A stretch of 64,000 bases of DNA from a virus, in IMG/VR virus record IMGVR_UViG_3300028030_000007, positions 1 to 64,000 of that record; one strand, written 5' to 3'. The position numbers were made by a program, and so were the translations under genes. Each line of letters starts with the position of its first letter. The first letter of the stretch is position 1. The notes below the pieces were generated by a model. The model was not told the DNA's origin. It worked only from the letters and a program-made list of their open reading frames with translations, and did not search any database. This document shows, one piece after another, positions 29,554 to 38,575 of the stretch.

Positions 29554-30000
29554 ATGCCGATATATGAATACTACTGTGAAAAATGTAACTATTTGTTTGA
29601 ACAGTTACTAAATAGTTCTGAAAAAGAAGAATATAAAGACGGTTATCCATGCCCACAATGCGGTAAGATCGCCACAAAGTTGATATCAAAGTCTAATTTT
29701 GTTTTTAAATCAGACACTCCCGGTAACTCTGGAGTCCATGATCTGGACTACCCATCGGTTGATAAAGCCGTAGGACGTTCAGCCAATAGAAAGTGGAAAG
29801 AAATACACAAACAACAAGAAGCTAGGGACAAGGTAAGGAAAGAAACCGGTAAACAAGCACTGTCTACCGTATCAATAGCTGAGAATAAATACAAGCCAGC
29901 TAGCAAGGACATACTAGAAGACAGAAAAAAACTAAACAAAAAACTATCCAATATACCAGAATCTAATTTCATTAAATACGAACCATCAGTGAAAAAATAA
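29554..30000 (+). CDS. FmdB-family zinc-ribbon protein
   Basis: MPIYEYYCEKCNYLFEQL...CPQCG...KLIS signature. Confidence 0.8.
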   Translation: MPIYEYYCEKCNYLFEQLLNSSEKEEYKDGYPCPQCGKIATKLISKSNFVFKSDTPGNSGVHDLDYPSVDKAVGRSANRKWKEIHKQQEARDKVRKETGKQALSTVSIAENKYKPASKDILEDRKKLNKKLSNIPESNFIKYEPSVKK

Positions 30001-30025
30001 AACTACTATAAAGTTTGTTATACAA

Positions 30026-30490
30026 ATGAATAAAGTAGAATTTTTAATGTCGCTGTCAAAGCATCATGAAAGGTTAGCCTCATCGTTTAGAAAAGAGGCT
30101 TCACTCATTAGTGATGATGTTGATCAGTATGGTCCCCAGGAAGACTCTATTGACATTTGGAAGTTAATTCCCATTGTTGATAATGAGGTTGTCGGCATAG
30201 GTGATATGCTGGAGGACCTTAGAGAGACCATCATGGGCGAGTACAATGGTACACGCTCTGTTAACGATATACTATCTGTATTCTACACTATATATGACAT
30301 GATTTCTCATCTTGCAGAAAGTGTCAAGGAAATCGATAAAGCTATTGGTGGCGATGAATACACGAAAAAGTACAGGTCAAAGCTTTTGAACATGATCCAT
30401 TTTTCTGAAATGCCTAATAAAAAGTATGCATGGATGAAGAGTGAACTTGCAGAGTTTATCGGTGAAAAGCTTTCATCAAATTTGTGGTGA
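30026..30490 (+). CDS. Hypothetical protein with leader shared with ORF 26569
   Basis: MNKVEFLMSLSKHHERLASSFRKEAS. Confidence 0.65.
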   Translation: MNKVEFLMSLSKHHERLASSFRKEASLISDDVDQYGPQEDSIDIWKLIPIVDNEVVGIGDMLEDLRETIMGEYNGTRSVNDILSVFYTIYDMISHLAESVKEIDKAIGGDEYTKKYRSKLLNMIHFSEMPNKKYAWMKSELAEFIGEKLSSNLW

Positions 30491-30520
30491 TAAGACTGGC
30501 GTACGGTGGCGCATGGTTAA

Positions 30521-30919
30521 ATGTCAATTCTAAGAAAAGTTAGCCATCGATATAGAGTCGCCGCATTTACTAGAACAATACCTAATAACAGTGAATATTA
30601 TAAAAATCAAATAACATACGATAATGAAAAAATCAAATCATTAATACTAGAAGCCAACGAAAAACTTAATGACCTGAGAGAATCACTAAACAACGTAGGT
30701 AGTGTTATCACACCTCCGTCATTGATGATATACAGGATAATCAATATAGCTTACATATTACAGTATACAAATATGTTTAGCAATGATATATTAATGGACT
30801 ATATGTATGAAATAATGATTGTACTAAATAGTTCATTACCAAAAAGTTCACCCATTAGATTTAGATTGATCGATAAATTGATGTCCGCTGAGTCATTTTA
30901 TCGATCTAAATTTAAATGA
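30521..30919 (+). CDS. Hypothetical protein with LRKVSHRYRVAA leader
   Basis: 132-aa ORF. Confidence 0.55.
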   Translation: MSILRKVSHRYRVAAFTRTIPNNSEYYKNQITYDNEKIKSLILEANEKLNDLRESLNNVGSVITPPSLMIYRIINIAYILQYTNMFSNDILMDYMYEIMIVLNSSLPKSSPIRFRLIDKLMSAESFYRSKFK

Positions 30920-30986
30920 TATAAACAAAACCATACCGAGTAATTTACAAAAACCATGTCAGTTAAAAGTTTTTTAGGGAATCATA

Positions 30987-31023
30987 CATGTAAAATATGA
31001 CTATACGTCACAAATTTTACATG
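30987..31023. promoter_or_regulatory. Inverted repeat upstream of the tail sheath gene
   Basis: catgtaaaat...attttacatg (10-bp perfect) with inner tgac/gtca. Confidence 0.5.
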
Positions 31024-31081
31024 AGATATGAAACTATTATAAGTATTTGTTAACAGATAAAAACATCTAAGAGGTTATAAC

Positions 31082-34000
31082 ATGGGTATCGGACCTTACA
31101 CCACTTATGCTCCCCCTGGCGTATACACTAGAACGATTAACGAACCAACCGGTGGAGTTTCTACCGGTGGAGTTAGAATCCCCGCTATCATCGGAACTTC
31201 TGTAGAATACATTTCACAGTATAACTATGAAATGATCAGAGGTTCCTCGTCTGTTGCAGATACTCAAGTTTTCAATGAAAACGTTGCATACAGATGGGTT
31301 ACTGGCGGAACTGATGATAACCCAAAGTTTGGACAGCAAAACGGATCACTCACTAAGTTTAGAGTGGCTAACTACCCGATCGTTGATGGTAACGGTTCTG
31401 GGACTGTGGCTATTAACTCTTCATCAATATCAGTCACTGTTAACGGTGAAGAAGTTCCGGTTCAATCAGTTAACGGTAGCTACGGAATAGTTTCCCTTGT
31501 TGCTCCTACTACGACTACTGATGAGGTTCTCGTAACTTATTACTTTGATCGTAAAGATACCCAGATCACTGATGATGTATCTGACCAGGTTACGTCAGGT
31601 GTTGCTTCATTGACCTCTAGTAAAGCCGAGTCATACGAGATAACTAGCGGTACGAATGAAAACCTCTACGTTAAGGTTGATGACACCACTGATGTTACGA
31701 TACCGCTTACTGCTGGTACAAGATCTGCTCAACAGATCGTTGATGATATTAATCTAGTCTCAGCTACCACTGGGTTATCAGCAACCGTTCACTCTGATAA
31801 TAACAATGAAAACAGAGTGAAGCTCGTTGCCACAAGTAATATAGAAATTCTGAGCACGACCAATAATGCGGCTTTCGCACTTGGTTTCACCTCAGGTCAA
31901 TATTCTGGCAGAAACCTCGTTTTCACTGTTTTCAACGGTCCGATCGTTGATGGTTCAGACGGTGGTATTACCACGACTGATCCGACTAAGGTCACAGTGA
32001 CGATTAACGGATCCACTGTTGCAGCTTCTGAAGTTAACGGTTCTACTAGAGCGGTGACGCTACCCTACGCCCCGGCTTCCGGGTCTACGGTTAAAATTAC
32101 CTATTACTTCAATACCTTCCAGGATACGTTTGACTATCTTCCAAATTCAAACATCCTTACTATCAACTCAGTAGGTATCGCTCCTGATAACACTGATTAT
32201 ACTGAGGGTAACGATTTTGTCATAGTTAATGATGGTGATCAGTCCTACATTAAGTGGGGGACTAGCGCTCTTGTTTTTGAGGGGACCACAACTGGAACCA
32301 AGCCTTTCAACACGCAAGAGACTATTAATCTTATCGATGATAGAATCTACATGGAACAGTGCTCTGATTACACTGATCCATCAACGAATACGGTTTCATT
32401 GGTTAAGTTCTCTCTTCAGTCAATCCCCACTACCGGTAATGGAAGAGACACGGTACTTGATTCATCTACCTATAATTCAGTCTCGAATGGTAGAATTGGG
32501 CTGACGACTGATAATCCCGGTCTTATCAAGGCTTACGTCGGTAAAGATGTTATCGACGCGATGTCACGATCTAACGTGACAATTAAGAGTGTTGATGGGT
32601 CTAACGGGATCATTGAGCTTGTTGACGCCATACCGAGTGGTAGTAAGGTATTCGTTACTTACTGGTACAATAGAATATCTGACGATGAGTACACACTTAC
32701 TTGTACTACGTCCGGAGCATCTGGTATTGGTAAATACAAGATCACCGATAAGTCTGGTAACACGATATACACCACGAAGTTTGGTTCAAAGTCTGGAATG
32801 TCAAAGGATGTGAACTGGCCCTCCGGCGTTGAGTCAACCCCTGATGCGTTCCACTCTGGTGGGAACCCGGTGAATGAAACCGTTACGGTAACGTTCGATA
32901 ACACGATTTATCCTGCTACTCACGCTACCATAACGACTGATCCTGGTCCATTTGATATTTATTCAACAAAATCAATCTTCGGACCGATTCTTGTTGATAA
33001 CGCTACGGTTGCTGGTGCTAATCTTGGACATGGATCAGTAGCTACATATATTGGTGATCTTGTTGATAACCCTGGATCAATGTCGTTCACTGCAAGTGAC
33101 TATCTTTCAATAACAGTGGATAGCATTGATATCGATCCAATAGCACTGTCATCAGCTACATCACTTGCAAATGTTGCTGCATTGATCGATACTGCCATTT
33201 CTAATGACACTCAGACTCATAGTGATGGATCCGACATTTTCGCTGCAGGAACTGTTGCAACATTAGTTACAGCGGTGAATGAGCTTAAAGCTAATTACAA
33301 TCATCACGTGAGTAATGAGGATAATAGTGGTGGTCACGCTACACCAGCAAATGATTATCATAACAACCTAGGAACTGCAATATCTACTGCAGATGCTACT
33401 GATTGGGCCACTGCTAAAGCTTTGATAGATGAAATAGCAACGGCTTATGAGTTACATAGAGTTGATACTCCTACTTTGCATGCCGCAGCTGATAATACAA
33501 ATAAATTGGATCTAACATTAACATCAGATACTCCATACGATGCAGTTGACAAATTAAATGATATAATAAGTAAGTTTAATAGTCACATTTCAAATGATTC
33601 CGGTGTATCTGGTTATCATACAAATGCTGACACATTCAACGGAGTGATAACAACAGCGGTGTTTTCACCTAACAATCTTGTAGATAGCATTACTTATGGA
33701 TCACAAGGATTCTTGGTGATCAAGAGCAATGAATCATCAGGATCAGATTACTACGTTAACGTAAAAATTAATAAGCCATCAGGCAGTGGACAGTCAGATG
33801 CTTCTGCTAAGGTTGGACTTGACACTACCAGAGAAGCTAACGCGTATGATTGGTTAGCAGTCGATTATCCTGCATTTGTTTACGGAACGAAAACCCCGAG
33901 CTTTAACATTCAGTCACTCGTTAGCGATTCACTGAGTCTTGGTATCGATGGACTTTCGTTCTCCGTTCCTCTTGTTACAGGATCAGCTAGATCGATAAGA

Positions 34001-36142
34001 TCAGTTGTTGATAGGGTTAATGCATCATTTGTTGGTGCAACTCAATCATCAACGATCCAATTGATGGCATTGTCCTCACTCATTCTTACATTAAACAATG
34101 TAAAGAGCGTATACAATGTGCATGAGGCTAGCGTAACATATCATAATGCACCCGGTGGAACAAACCCGGTAACAGCTGCAAATGCCACTGATTTAGCTAC
34201 ATCTATTACGCTAGTTAATGACATCAAGTCTATGTTTAATAATCATATAGTTGAAGCTGGCATTCACAAAACTGATGATTTGAACTCAATAACAACAGCT
34301 GATGCAACAGATCTTGGATCTGCTTGGCTGCTTGCCGCTGAAATAGTTGAATTATACAGTACACATATTGTATTAACAGTATATCATACTAATCCTGACA
34401 CTACTGATGTCGTGTCTGTCTTCCTTGGTCAGTACGTAGCAGAAATTGGTGTACATGCTCATGATAACATGCTGAAATTAACATCACTAACGGATTCTGT
34501 TGAATCACAAGTTTATATCGGTAGTGGCCTAGCCAATGATGTCCTTGGTTTAACACAGGGTACTTATAGTAGACATCAACCTACTGCTGATGATATTATT
34601 AATTACCTTGATCCTAGTTCAAATATCATTTATCCTAGGGTTATACTTGGAACGAATGGCAAGTACATCGAGATTAACTCACTGACAACAGGAACATCAT
34701 CGGCTCTCACCGTTAACTCTTTCGCTACATCAGCGTTCACCGATGAGTCCGGAATTGGATTCGTGCAAGGATCAACGAGTGATATTGGTGAAAACGCCAC
34801 AATGGCCTACAACGTCGGATCATCTGACGCGGCACATGGGTCATCTGGTGTTGGCATTCCCGACCAGACTTACAAAGATGCAAGAACCGGTCTTACGTTT
34901 ACCGTTCTCAAGCCTTCAACCGGTGATTACACGAACGGTGGATCATTTACACTGATAGTGTCAGACACCGCTACTACTGACGCGGCGATCCCCGTTAAGT
35001 CAATTGCTGGTGTTGAGATGACGGTATCTGACACCACTGATGTCGCGTTGAACTCAACGGCTATCGTTAAGACCTACAAGAAGAGTGGGTACGAGCCCGA
35101 CATAGGCGATATTTACTACATCTCCTATGATTATGAAAAGACTGACATGAGCCCGACTCTTGTTAATAGCACGAGCCAGATTCAATCTCAGTTCGGATCA
35201 TCAGACACTACGAATCAACTTTCGTTAGCTGGTTCAATTGCTATGGCTAATGGGGCCGAATTAGTGGCGTTGGTTCAGGTTCAAAAATCGACCGGTTCAG
35301 AATCCGCTCCTTCAACGGCGTTCATGGCAGCGATCGATGAACTTAACAAGCCGATCGATGGTTACAACAAGGTTGATGTGATCGTTCCTATGTCAACCGA
35401 CACGTCGGTTTACAGTTACTTGAGCCGAAATTGTTCTGTGATGTCATCGCCTAGAATGGCCAGTGAAAGAACCGGGATAATCGGCGTTGCAGCTGGAACC
35501 TCAGAATCAACAGTTAAGGCGCTTGCCAAGTCAATTAAGTCAGAGCTGATCACCCTGGTTTACCCGGACATGTTCATCGTAACCACTGTTGATTCCTATG
35601 GTAATCAAAGTGATAACCTAGTTGACGGAACTTACGCTGCTGTGGCAGTGGCTGGAATGTCCTGTAACCCACAGAATGACGTTGCCACACCGTGGACCAG
35701 GCAACGAATTTCTGGATTTAAGGGAATAGGAAGGTACATTGATCAGGTTACTGCTAATAGCATAGCGGCAACCGGAATTACTGTTATCGAGGATAGCAGT
35801 AGCGGAATGATCATAAGGCATGGTCTTACGACTGATGTAACTACTATTCTGACTAGAACTCCGACTGTTATCACGACGAAGCATTTCGTTCAGATTAAGC
35901 TGCGAGAAACCCTGGATCCTTACATAGGCTTGAAGCTTGATGGATCGCTTCTGTCATCCGTTGATCGCTCAGTTAGGGATTTGTTTGAATACCTGATGTC
36001 GTCAAAGATCGTTAACACTACTGAGACGATAAACGTCGGTATTGATGAATCGGACCCAACGATAATTATGGTTGAGGTGATATACTCACCTGTTCTTCCT
36101 GCTGAGTACATTGTTGCGACAATGCAGATTAAAACTAGGTAA
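31082..36142 (+). CDS. Contractile tail sheath protein with multiple inserted domains
   Basis: N-terminal YAPPGVYTRT..P.......RIPAIIG; C-terminal sheath domain (ERTGIIG, YAAVAVAG, IRHGLTT, EVIYSPVLPAEYI); upstream of the tube. Confidence 0.9.
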   Translation: MGIGPYTTYAPPGVYTRTINEPTGGVSTGGVRIPAIIGTSVEYISQYNYEMIRGSSSVADTQVFNENVAYRWVTGGTDDNPKFGQQNGSLTKFRVANYPIVDGNGSGTVAINSSSISVTVNGEEVPVQSVNGSYGIVSLVAPTTTTDEVLVTYYFDRKDTQITDDVSDQVTSGVASLTSSKAESYEITSGTNENLYVKVDDTTDVTIPLTAGTRSAQQIVDDINLVSATTGLSATVHSDNNNENRVKLVATSNIEILSTTNNAAFALGFTSGQYSGRNLVFTVFNGPIVDGSDGGITTTDPTKVTVTINGSTVAASEVNGSTRAVTLPYAPASGSTVKITYYFNTFQDTFDYLPNSNILTINSVGIAPDNTDYTEGNDFVIVNDGDQSYIKWGTSALVFEGTTTGTKPFNTQETINLIDDRIYMEQCSDYTDPSTNTVSLVKFSLQSIPTTGNGRDTVLDSSTYNSVSNGRIGLTTDNPGLIKAYVGKDVIDAMSRSNVTIKSVDGSNGIIELVDAIPSGSKVFVTYWYNRISDDEYTLTCTTSGASGIGKYKITDKSGNTIYTTKFGSKSGMSKDVNWPSGVESTPDAFHSGGNPVNETVTVTFDNTIYPATHATITTDPGPFDIYSTKSIFGPILVDNATVAGANLGHGSVATYIGDLVDNPGSMSFTASDYLSITVDSIDIDPIALSSATSLANVAALIDTAISNDTQTHSDGSDIFAAGTVATLVTAVNELKANYNHHVSNEDNSGGHATPANDYHNNLGTAISTADATDWATAKALIDEIATAYELHRVDTPTLHAAADNTNKLDLTLTSDTPYDAVDKLNDIISKFNSHISNDSGVSGYHTNADTFNGVITTAVFSPNNLVDSITYGSQGFLVIKSNESSGSDYYVNVKINKPSGSGQSDASAKVGLDTTREANAYDWLAVDYPAFVYGTKTPSFNIQSLVSDSLSLGIDGLSFSVPLVTGSARSIRSVVDRVNASFVGATQSSTIQLMALSSLILTLNNVKSVYNVHEASVTYHNAPGGTNPVTAANATDLATSITLVNDIKSMFNNHIVEAGIHKTDDLNSITTADATDLGSAWLLAAEIVELYSTHIVLTVYHTNPDTTDVVSVFLGQYVAEIGVHAHDNMLKLTSLTDSVESQVYIGSGLANDVLGLTQGTYSRHQPTADDIINYLDPSSNIIYPRVILGTNGKYIEINSLTTGTSSALTVNSFATSAFTDESGIGFVQGSTSDIGENATMAYNVGSSDAAHGSSGVGIPDQTYKDARTGLTFTVLKPSTGDYTNGGSFTLIVSDTATTDAAIPVKSIAGVEMTVSDTTDVALNSTAIVKTYKKSGYEPDIGDIYYISYDYEKTDMSPTLVNSTSQIQSQFGSSDTTNQLSLAGSIAMANGAELVALVQVQKSTGSESAPSTAFMAAIDELNKPIDGYNKVDVIVPMSTDTSVYSYLSRNCSVMSSPRMASERTGIIGVAAGTSESTVKALAKSIKSELITLVYPDMFIVTTVDSYGNQSDNLVDGTYAAVAVAGMSCNPQNDVATPWTRQRISGFKGIGRYIDQVTANSIAATGITVIEDSSSGMIIRHGLTTDVTTILTRTPTVITTKHFVQIKLRETLDPYIGLKLDGSLLSSVDRSVRDLFEYLMSSKIVNTTETINVGIDESDPTIIMVEVIYSPVLPAEYIVATMQIKTR

Positions 36143-36155
36143 TAGAAAGTTAATC

Positions 36156-36194
36156 TACCCGGTTTAGTAGGAATTAAAACTACTAAACCGGGTA
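36156..36194 (+). terminator. Perfect 15-bp stem-loop after the sheath gene
   Basis: tacccggtttagtag-gaattaaaa-ctactaaaccgggta. Confidence 0.75.
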
Positions 36195-36228
36195 TGGTTA
36201 TAAAGGCTATAACATTTCAGGAAATAAG

Positions 36229-36891
36229 ATGAAAAGAAGAAATAAAAGAGTTTCATGCGGTGATTGGTACTCAGGTATGGGTCAGGGTCCTATGATGCCT
36301 CCCCGTGGTGGTAAAAGAGCCCCTGGTATGGGTCCTATGATGCCTATGCAAGAAGAGCAGGTTCCAGAATTTCAGCCCGATCCTGATTATAGCAAGATCA
36401 TGCAGCACGGACCGTTTGAGGCTGAGTCAAAGGGTGAATACGCTGAGGTCAATGGCGAGCCTGTTGTGAATGAATTGGAATACAAGGATTCATTCGGAAA
36501 TTACGAAGAGGGTCCTATGGTTCCTGAATTCCAGTCAATCGGTCCGGTTTCTCCCCTATCTGATAGACATGATTATGGATCCGACCCGATCGGTGACATG
36601 ATGGTCGTGGCTTCAAGGGCCGCTAGAAATTATAGAAGAATTGCTAGCGTGCTTTCAAAGCTCTATCAAATCCGCAAGTCAACTAAGGGCAATCGACGCA
36701 TGGCTTCCGATGTCAGTAACATGACGAAAAAGGTTGCTGGCCTTTTCTCCCTTATAGACACTGTTGATGACCTTGATCGTCCGTTGGATGAAATCGAACG
36801 CGCCGTTCATTCAATGTATGGAGATCAGTCAAAGAATTCGACTTTTTACCTCAAGAGAAGAGGTAAGGGTCATCTTGAAGACAAGGAATAA
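36229..36891 (+). CDS. Hypothetical protein (Met/Pro-rich N-terminus; RRIAS and RRMAS motifs)
   Basis: 220 aa; internal GPMMP x2 and VPEFQ x2. Confidence 0.6.
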   Translation: MKRRNKRVSCGDWYSGMGQGPMMPPRGGKRAPGMGPMMPMQEEQVPEFQPDPDYSKIMQHGPFEAESKGEYAEVNGEPVVNELEYKDSFGNYEEGPMVPEFQSIGPVSPLSDRHDYGSDPIGDMMVVASRAARNYRRIASVLSKLYQIRKSTKGNRRMASDVSNMTKKVAGLFSLIDTVDDLDRPLDEIERAVHSMYGDQSKNSTFYLKRRGKGHLEDKE

Positions 36892-36897
36892 ACTCTG

Positions 36898-37125
36898 ATG
36901 GACTTGAATGAATCAATAAAAAACCTTGATAAATTCAAGTTAAACCCTGGTTTGGCTCTTCACCATTATGACAAAGAGCCAAACTGGAGGCCAGAGTCTA
37001 TCCCCGCTCCTTTTGTTGACGATTACAAACCAACAAAGCTATCATATATTAATAGTGAGCCTTTTGTTGAATTTGAATACGAAGGAGACATATGGGCGCA
37101 AAAGTTGCCTAACGAACAGCTCTAA
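36898..37125 (+). CDS. Small hypothetical protein
   Basis: 75 aa, SD AAGGA, fills the gap. Confidence 0.5.
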   Translation: MDLNESIKNLDKFKLNPGLALHHYDKEPNWRPESIPAPFVDDYKPTKLSYINSEPFVEFEYEGDIWAQKLPNEQL

Positions 37126-37143
37126 AATGTAAAAGGGAACGAA

Positions 37144-37842
37144 ATGAGAACACAAGACAAATCCTACATCTACTACAAAGGCGCATCACCTAACACTAGG
37201 GTAGCACTTTCACAAAAAAACAAGATTTACTCAAAGCCTTATGGCAGTAGTAAAATCTTGCAGATAGGCGTAGTTTCTTCATTCAGTTATAATGAGTCAA
37301 GAAACATCAGCCCAGTGAGAGGTGTCGGATTTGGCGATCGTCTTCAGGATCTTGTCCCCTCAGTGACTGAGCCTGTTAACATTTCGATGAATCGAACCCT
37401 GCTTTACACTTCTTCCATCGCTCAGGAAGTTGGTTATAAGGGCGGCTCTGACGGTATTGTTCGTTCCCTTCGTCATCATAAATGGCCGTTTGACATAAGG
37501 TCTGAGCTTGTTTTCTCAGAGCTTGTTATGAACACTGACTACAATGACATGGACCCGTCATTCAAATCAAAGTCATTCGCTACGGACTCTGATCAGATGG
37601 CAGGGAACAACATCGGTGGTGGCGTGTTAGCCATCATAACTATGCTCCATACTTGTTGGTTCAGTTCCCTTAGCGTTAACTTCACGTCAGACAATAGCAC
37701 TGTTGCTGAAGACGCTAACGCTGTCGCTATGGATATCACCGATGGCGTGACATCAATCATTGAATACAACGATCTGCTCGAATCCGGTAATAACCCATTT
37801 AATGGGGATAAAGCTTACGCCGGTTGGTACAAGCAGTCATAA
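37144..37842 (+). CDS. Tail tube protein
   Basis: IGVVSSFSYNESRNISPVRGVGFGD...LVPSVTEP..ISMNR and CWFSSLSVNF..D...VAE, typical of myophage tubes; lies between sheath and tape measure. Confidence 0.8.
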   Translation: MRTQDKSYIYYKGASPNTRVALSQKNKIYSKPYGSSKILQIGVVSSFSYNESRNISPVRGVGFGDRLQDLVPSVTEPVNISMNRTLLYTSSIAQEVGYKGGSDGIVRSLRHHKWPFDIRSELVFSELVMNTDYNDMDPSFKSKSFATDSDQMAGNNIGGGVLAIITMLHTCWFSSLSVNFTSDNSTVAEDANAVAMDITDGVTSIIEYNDLLESGNNPFNGDKAYAGWYKQS

Positions 37843-37873
37843 CATACCTCACTTCAATCATGTATAGTATCAC

Positions 37874-38572
37874 ATGATTGACATACAACTCCTCGAACAA
37901 CTCGACAAATCAATTTCAAACATAGGCACATCAGTCATTTGGAAACAAAAGATTGGTGACATAACCGTTTGGTTATCTCCTATATCGTTTGAAAATCAAC
38001 AAAAAATCACTAGCAGGATAAGTGAATCTGATAATACGATGGAAATCGTGTTTGATGTGAAACGTATAACACTATCTTACGCTATAGTCGGACTCAATGA
38101 TGTAGACTTAACGCCATACACCAACGAAGAGCCGAATTTCAAAATTTATAATAAGAAGATAAAAAAGGACGTTAACGTTCCTCTTCATACTTATATCTAT
38201 GAAAAGATAATGACCTGGTCGTCAGAGTATGTTGATAAAACATTTTCAGTATACTCAACTTTGTTGGATAGTTATAAGGATAAAATATCAACAGATGTTA
38301 AATTCGATGACGTAAAAGATCCACAGGATGAACTCAATGAGCTTGAGTTCAGAATCAACGAGCTTCGTTTGAAGTTAAACATGAAACCCATTAATTTCCA
38401 ATCATATAACGAGCAAGAACAAGAAGACGCCACGAAAAGCGATTTTGACCCGTTCAAGCCCGTAAATAGCAAAAAAGGCGAAGAGGCCGAGGAAGATACC
38501 ACGGAAGCCAAGAACGATACCATAGAAAAACCAAACCCCGATCAGCCGACTGAAAATATAAGATTCAAATAA
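37874..38572 (+). CDS. Tail assembly chaperone (putative)
   Basis: Between tube and tape measure; LSYAIVGLNDVDL motif. Confidence 0.6.
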   Translation: MIDIQLLEQLDKSISNIGTSVIWKQKIGDITVWLSPISFENQQKITSRISESDNTMEIVFDVKRITLSYAIVGLNDVDLTPYTNEEPNFKIYNKKIKKDVNVPLHTYIYEKIMTWSSEYVDKTFSVYSTLLDSYKDKISTDVKFDDVKDPQDELNELEFRINELRLKLNMKPINFQSYNEQEQEDATKSDFDPFKPVNSKKGEEAEEDTTEAKNDTIEKPNPDQPTENIRFK

Positions 38573-38575
38573 AAG

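Noticed and set aside
38468-38478. AAAAAAG as a -1 frameshift site in the tail chaperone
   Set aside because: Codon phase is AGC AAA AAA GGC rather than A AAA AAG, and the downstream ORF is in the 0 frame, so a -1 shift would not reach it.
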